In this document: one piece after another, positions 44,667 through 46,539 of the stretch
Layout: each line of letters starts with the position of its first letter
Position numbering within the stretch: position 1 is the stretch's first letter
Assembly: GCA_945874115.1 (NCBI GenBank)
Contig: CAMCFD010000002.1
Coordinates: forward strand, 1-46,539
DNA from: Rickettsia typhi
Lineage (GTDB): Bacteria > Pseudomonadota > Alphaproteobacteria > Rickettsiales > UBA1997
Length of the DNA: 46,539 bases
Reading direction: 5' to 3'
The notes under the pieces: model-generated
What the model was told of the DNA's origin: nothing
What the model saw: the letters and a program-made list of their open reading frames with translations, nothing else
Databases searched by the model: none
Position numbers and translations under genes: made by a program

Positions 44667-44984
44667 ATGACAAAAGAAACCTCTGATCAAAATTTTTCGC
44701 AAGATGTTCTTCAATCAAAGGTTGCGGTGTTGGTTGATTTTTGGGCTCCATGGTGCGGTCCTTGTCGTCAATTGTCTCCAATTATTGACGAAATCTCGAA
44801 AGAAACCGCGGGAAAATTTGAAGTTGTCAAATGTAATATTGATGAAAATCCGGAAGTTCCTTCAAAATATGGTGTTCGAAGCATTCCTACTTTGATGATT
44901 TTTAAAGACGGAAAAATGGTTGATACTAAAATTGGATCGTTGCCAAAAAGCGCTTTGAATGAATGGATTAAAAACAATCTCTAG
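44667..44984 (+). CDS. trxA: Thioredoxin
   Basis: 105 aa. VDFWAPWCGPCRQL active site and GVRSIPTLMIFKDG. It is collinear with alphaproteobacterial (Rickettsia-like) TrxA as I remember it. Confidence 0.95.
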   Translation: MTKETSDQNFSQDVLQSKVAVLVDFWAPWCGPCRQLSPIIDEISKETAGKFEVVKCNIDENPEVPSKYGVRSIPTLMIFKDGKMVDTKIGSLPKSALNEWIKNNL

Positions 44985-45921
44985 TTTTTATCAAAACAAA
45001 GAGATCTTGCTTGAAAAATGCTACGAAAATTTCGTTTCTGCGCTTGGCTTTGTTCCTAAGTTTGGCGTGGAAATAGAATTTTATCTTATCGACAAAAACA
45101 AATCTGAAAAACTTTCCGACGATTTAAGAATTGATGAATTTATTGCTGCGTTTAAGCGCTATTTTGCATGTGATGAGCTGGTTTATGAAATTGAGAAAGA
45201 AAGAGGTCAGGGGCAAATCGAAGTTAAAATTGCTTATTCAAATAATCTTATTTTGGTTGCGCAAAAAATCGCGCAAATAAAAGAAATCGCGAAAAATATT
45301 GCCGACAAAATTGATTTGCTTGCGAATTTTGACGCGCAAATATTCGACGATGATTGCGGAAGTGCGCTGCAATTTAATTTTTCTTTACATGATTTTGAAG
45401 GTAAAAATTTGTTTGTTAAAAAAGACGAATTGTTTTTTTATTCAATTGCGGGAATGCTTGATTTTATTGATGAGATGATGATTTTTTGCGCACCAAATGA
45501 AAAAGATTATCGGCGTTTTGATGTTTCTTTAAATAAAAATTTGCATAAAAATGGAAAATTTTGCGCGCCCATAAATATAAGTTGTGGCGTTGATAACAGA
45601 ACTTCGGCGGTTAGATTTTTCAGCGGAAATTCTGATCAAAAAAAATATTCTGTCGAGAAATTTTTCGTCAAAGATAAATCTCAAAATAGAATAGAATTTC
45701 GTGTTGCCAGTTCGAATTGTGAGCCTAGATTAGTCATGTCGTCGCTGTTATTTGCGGTTTATTTCGCGATTAAAAATTCTCTAAAACTAGAAGATAATTT
45801 GTTGATTTATGGCAATGCTTTTGACGAGCAATATAATTTGCCTGAGTTTGTTAAGAATTTAGATGGCGCTCGAGAATGCTTTGAAAACAGCAGATTGCGC
45901 CAATTTCTTGTGAAAATTTAA
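44959..45921 (+). CDS. Glutamine-synthetase-like catalytic-domain protein, N-terminally short and with degenerate motifs
   Basis: 320 aa. FGVEIEFYLID (GS G.E.EFF motif), RGQGQIEVKI, DNRTSAVRF (NRSA.IR motif) and RIEFRVASSNCEPRL (RIE.R...ANPYL motif). The GSGMHxHxS motif is replaced by GSALQFNFS, and only ~34 aa precede the first catalytic motif. It overlaps trxA by 26 nt. Confidence 0.55.
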   Translation: MNGLKTISSFYQNKEILLEKCYENFVSALGFVPKFGVEIEFYLIDKNKSEKLSDDLRIDEFIAAFKRYFACDELVYEIEKERGQGQIEVKIAYSNNLILVAQKIAQIKEIAKNIADKIDLLANFDAQIFDDDCGSALQFNFSLHDFEGKNLFVKKDELFFYSIAGMLDFIDEMMIFCAPNEKDYRRFDVSLNKNLHKNGKFCAPINISCGVDNRTSAVRFFSGNSDQKKYSVEKFFVKDKSQNRIEFRVASSNCEPRLVMSSLLFAVYFAIKNSLKLEDNLLIYGNAFDEQYNLPEFVKNLDGARECFENSRLRQFLVKI

Positions 45922-45930
45922 GCGCAAAAT

Positions 45931-46539
45931 CTACCAGCGAGAAGGTCGGTTGTTGATTTTTTCGACGACATTATTTGGCAAAAGCGCATAATATTGGCCG
46001 CTGAAAGCCATTGAAGAGGCTTTATCTTCTGCCTCAAGGCCATAGCCGAAAAATATATCGCCGCGCACAACTCCTTTGATTGCTGAACCTGTATCTTGCG
46101 CGATGAATAATTTATTGTAATCTTTTCCGCCGACTTTTGTTTCAAGCCAAAGTGGCATTCCGTATGGAATTATATCACTGTCAACCGCAAGAGAATGTTC
46201 GGCGGTGAGCTCAACCCCTTGTCCGCCAGTGACAAATTCATCAGCTGAGGTTTTGAAGAAAATGTATGAGGCATTGAAATTCATGGCTTCGCGCGCTTCT
46301 TTCGGATTTTCTTTGAGCCATTTTTTAATATTTTGCGCTGAAATTTCGTTTGGTTTCAGAAGTTTATTATCGAGTAAATAATTTGAAATTGCAGAAAATG
46401 GTAAATTATTTTTCGCCGCAAAGGCTACTCTGACAACGCTTCCGCTTGGCAGCTTTATTCGGCCTGATCCTTGAATGTGCATAAAAAATAATTCGACTTC
46501 GTCATCAACATAGAAAAGTTCAAGGCCTTTATTTTCAAG
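45931..46539 (-). CDS. mltA: Murein transglycosylase A (MltA), N-terminal part outside the window
   Basis: The reading frame stays open from 46482 to the window end (LENKGLELFYVDDEVELFFMHIQGSGRI, the MltA FxHIQGSG motif). The C-terminal 3D domain is DTGSAIKGVVRGDIFFG. Confidence 0.85.
   Translation of the reverse strand, partial: LENKGLELFYVDDEVELFFMHIQGSGRIKLPSGSVVRVAFAAKNNLPFSAISNYLLDNKLLKPNEISAQNIKKWLKENPKEAREAMNFNASYIFFKTSADEFVTGGQGVELTAEHSLAVDSDIIPYGMPLWLETKVGGKDYNKLFIAQDTGSAIKGVVRGDIFFGYGLEAEDKASSMAFSGQYYALLPNNVVEKINNRPSRW

Noticed and set aside
1-46539. CRISPR arrays, IS elements or transposases, integrases, prophage genes, toxin-antitoxin pairs or known defence systems.
   Set aside because: I found no repeat-spacer periodicity, no transposase, integrase or recombinase motifs, and no nuclease, ATPase or helicase defence-type gene pairs. 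The only nuclease-like gene is the 95-aa GIY-YIG, and the only helicase is the housekeeping priA.

Overview
This is a 46.5-kb chromosomal window from a low-GC Gram-negative bacterium. The housekeeping proteins (TrxA, separate SecD, YajC, LptD, PriA) look alphaproteobacterial, but that is inference only.

Positions 1-32,749 form one large, tightly packed surface-glycan biosynthesis locus. Many genes have overlapping start and stop codons. From left to right it contains:
- a plant-type GDP-mannose 3,5-epimerase homologue, cut by the window edge;
- a minus-strand block of aminotransferase, N-formyltransferase and GT2;
- an SDR epimerase, a nucleotide-sugar dehydrogenase and two methyltransferases;
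- an SxtJ / SxtK(DUF5989) / carbamoyltransferase cassette with a coupled membrane-anchored SGNH-like protein;
- an Arn/Gtr-like module: GT-C-like polytopic protein, WecE-like transaminase, GtrA, GNAT, and a GtrB/ArnC-like GT2;
- a further methyltransferase and a second dehydrogenase paralogue;
- a complete pseudaminic-acid pathway (pseB-pseC-GNAT-pseI-pseF, with pseG displaced on the other strand);
- a HisH/HisF/PP-loop amidotransferase trio, the acetamidino-forming type;
- a KpsS/KpsC-like candidate nonulosonate transferase;
- a small exported peptide, a long methyltransferase, a membrane alkaline-phosphatase-superfamily protein and an FkbM methyltransferase.

Positions 32,755-46,539 are housekeeping: thrS, a stand-alone GIY-YIG nuclease gene, a nested palindromic element, tRNA-Ala(GGC), glmS, lptD, secD, yajC, a transaldolase/F6P-aldolase, priA, an acidic orphan, trxA, a truncated and divergent glutamine-synthetase-like gene, and mltA (cut by the window edge).

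I saw no CRISPR array, IS element, integrase, rRNA or recognisable defence or toxin genes.

The parts I consider least explained are:
- the SxtJ/SxtK/carbamoyltransferase cassette, which includes a 49-codon ORF missing from the ORF track;
- the Und-P-sugar (Arn/Gtr-like) module;
- the KpsS-like protein placed directly after the CMP-Pse/acetamidino genes;
- a roughly 115-aa domain that appears to be shared by a GT2 and a methyltransferase;
- the palindromic element between the GIY-YIG gene and the tRNA.

All family assignments come from motif reading by eye. No searches were run.
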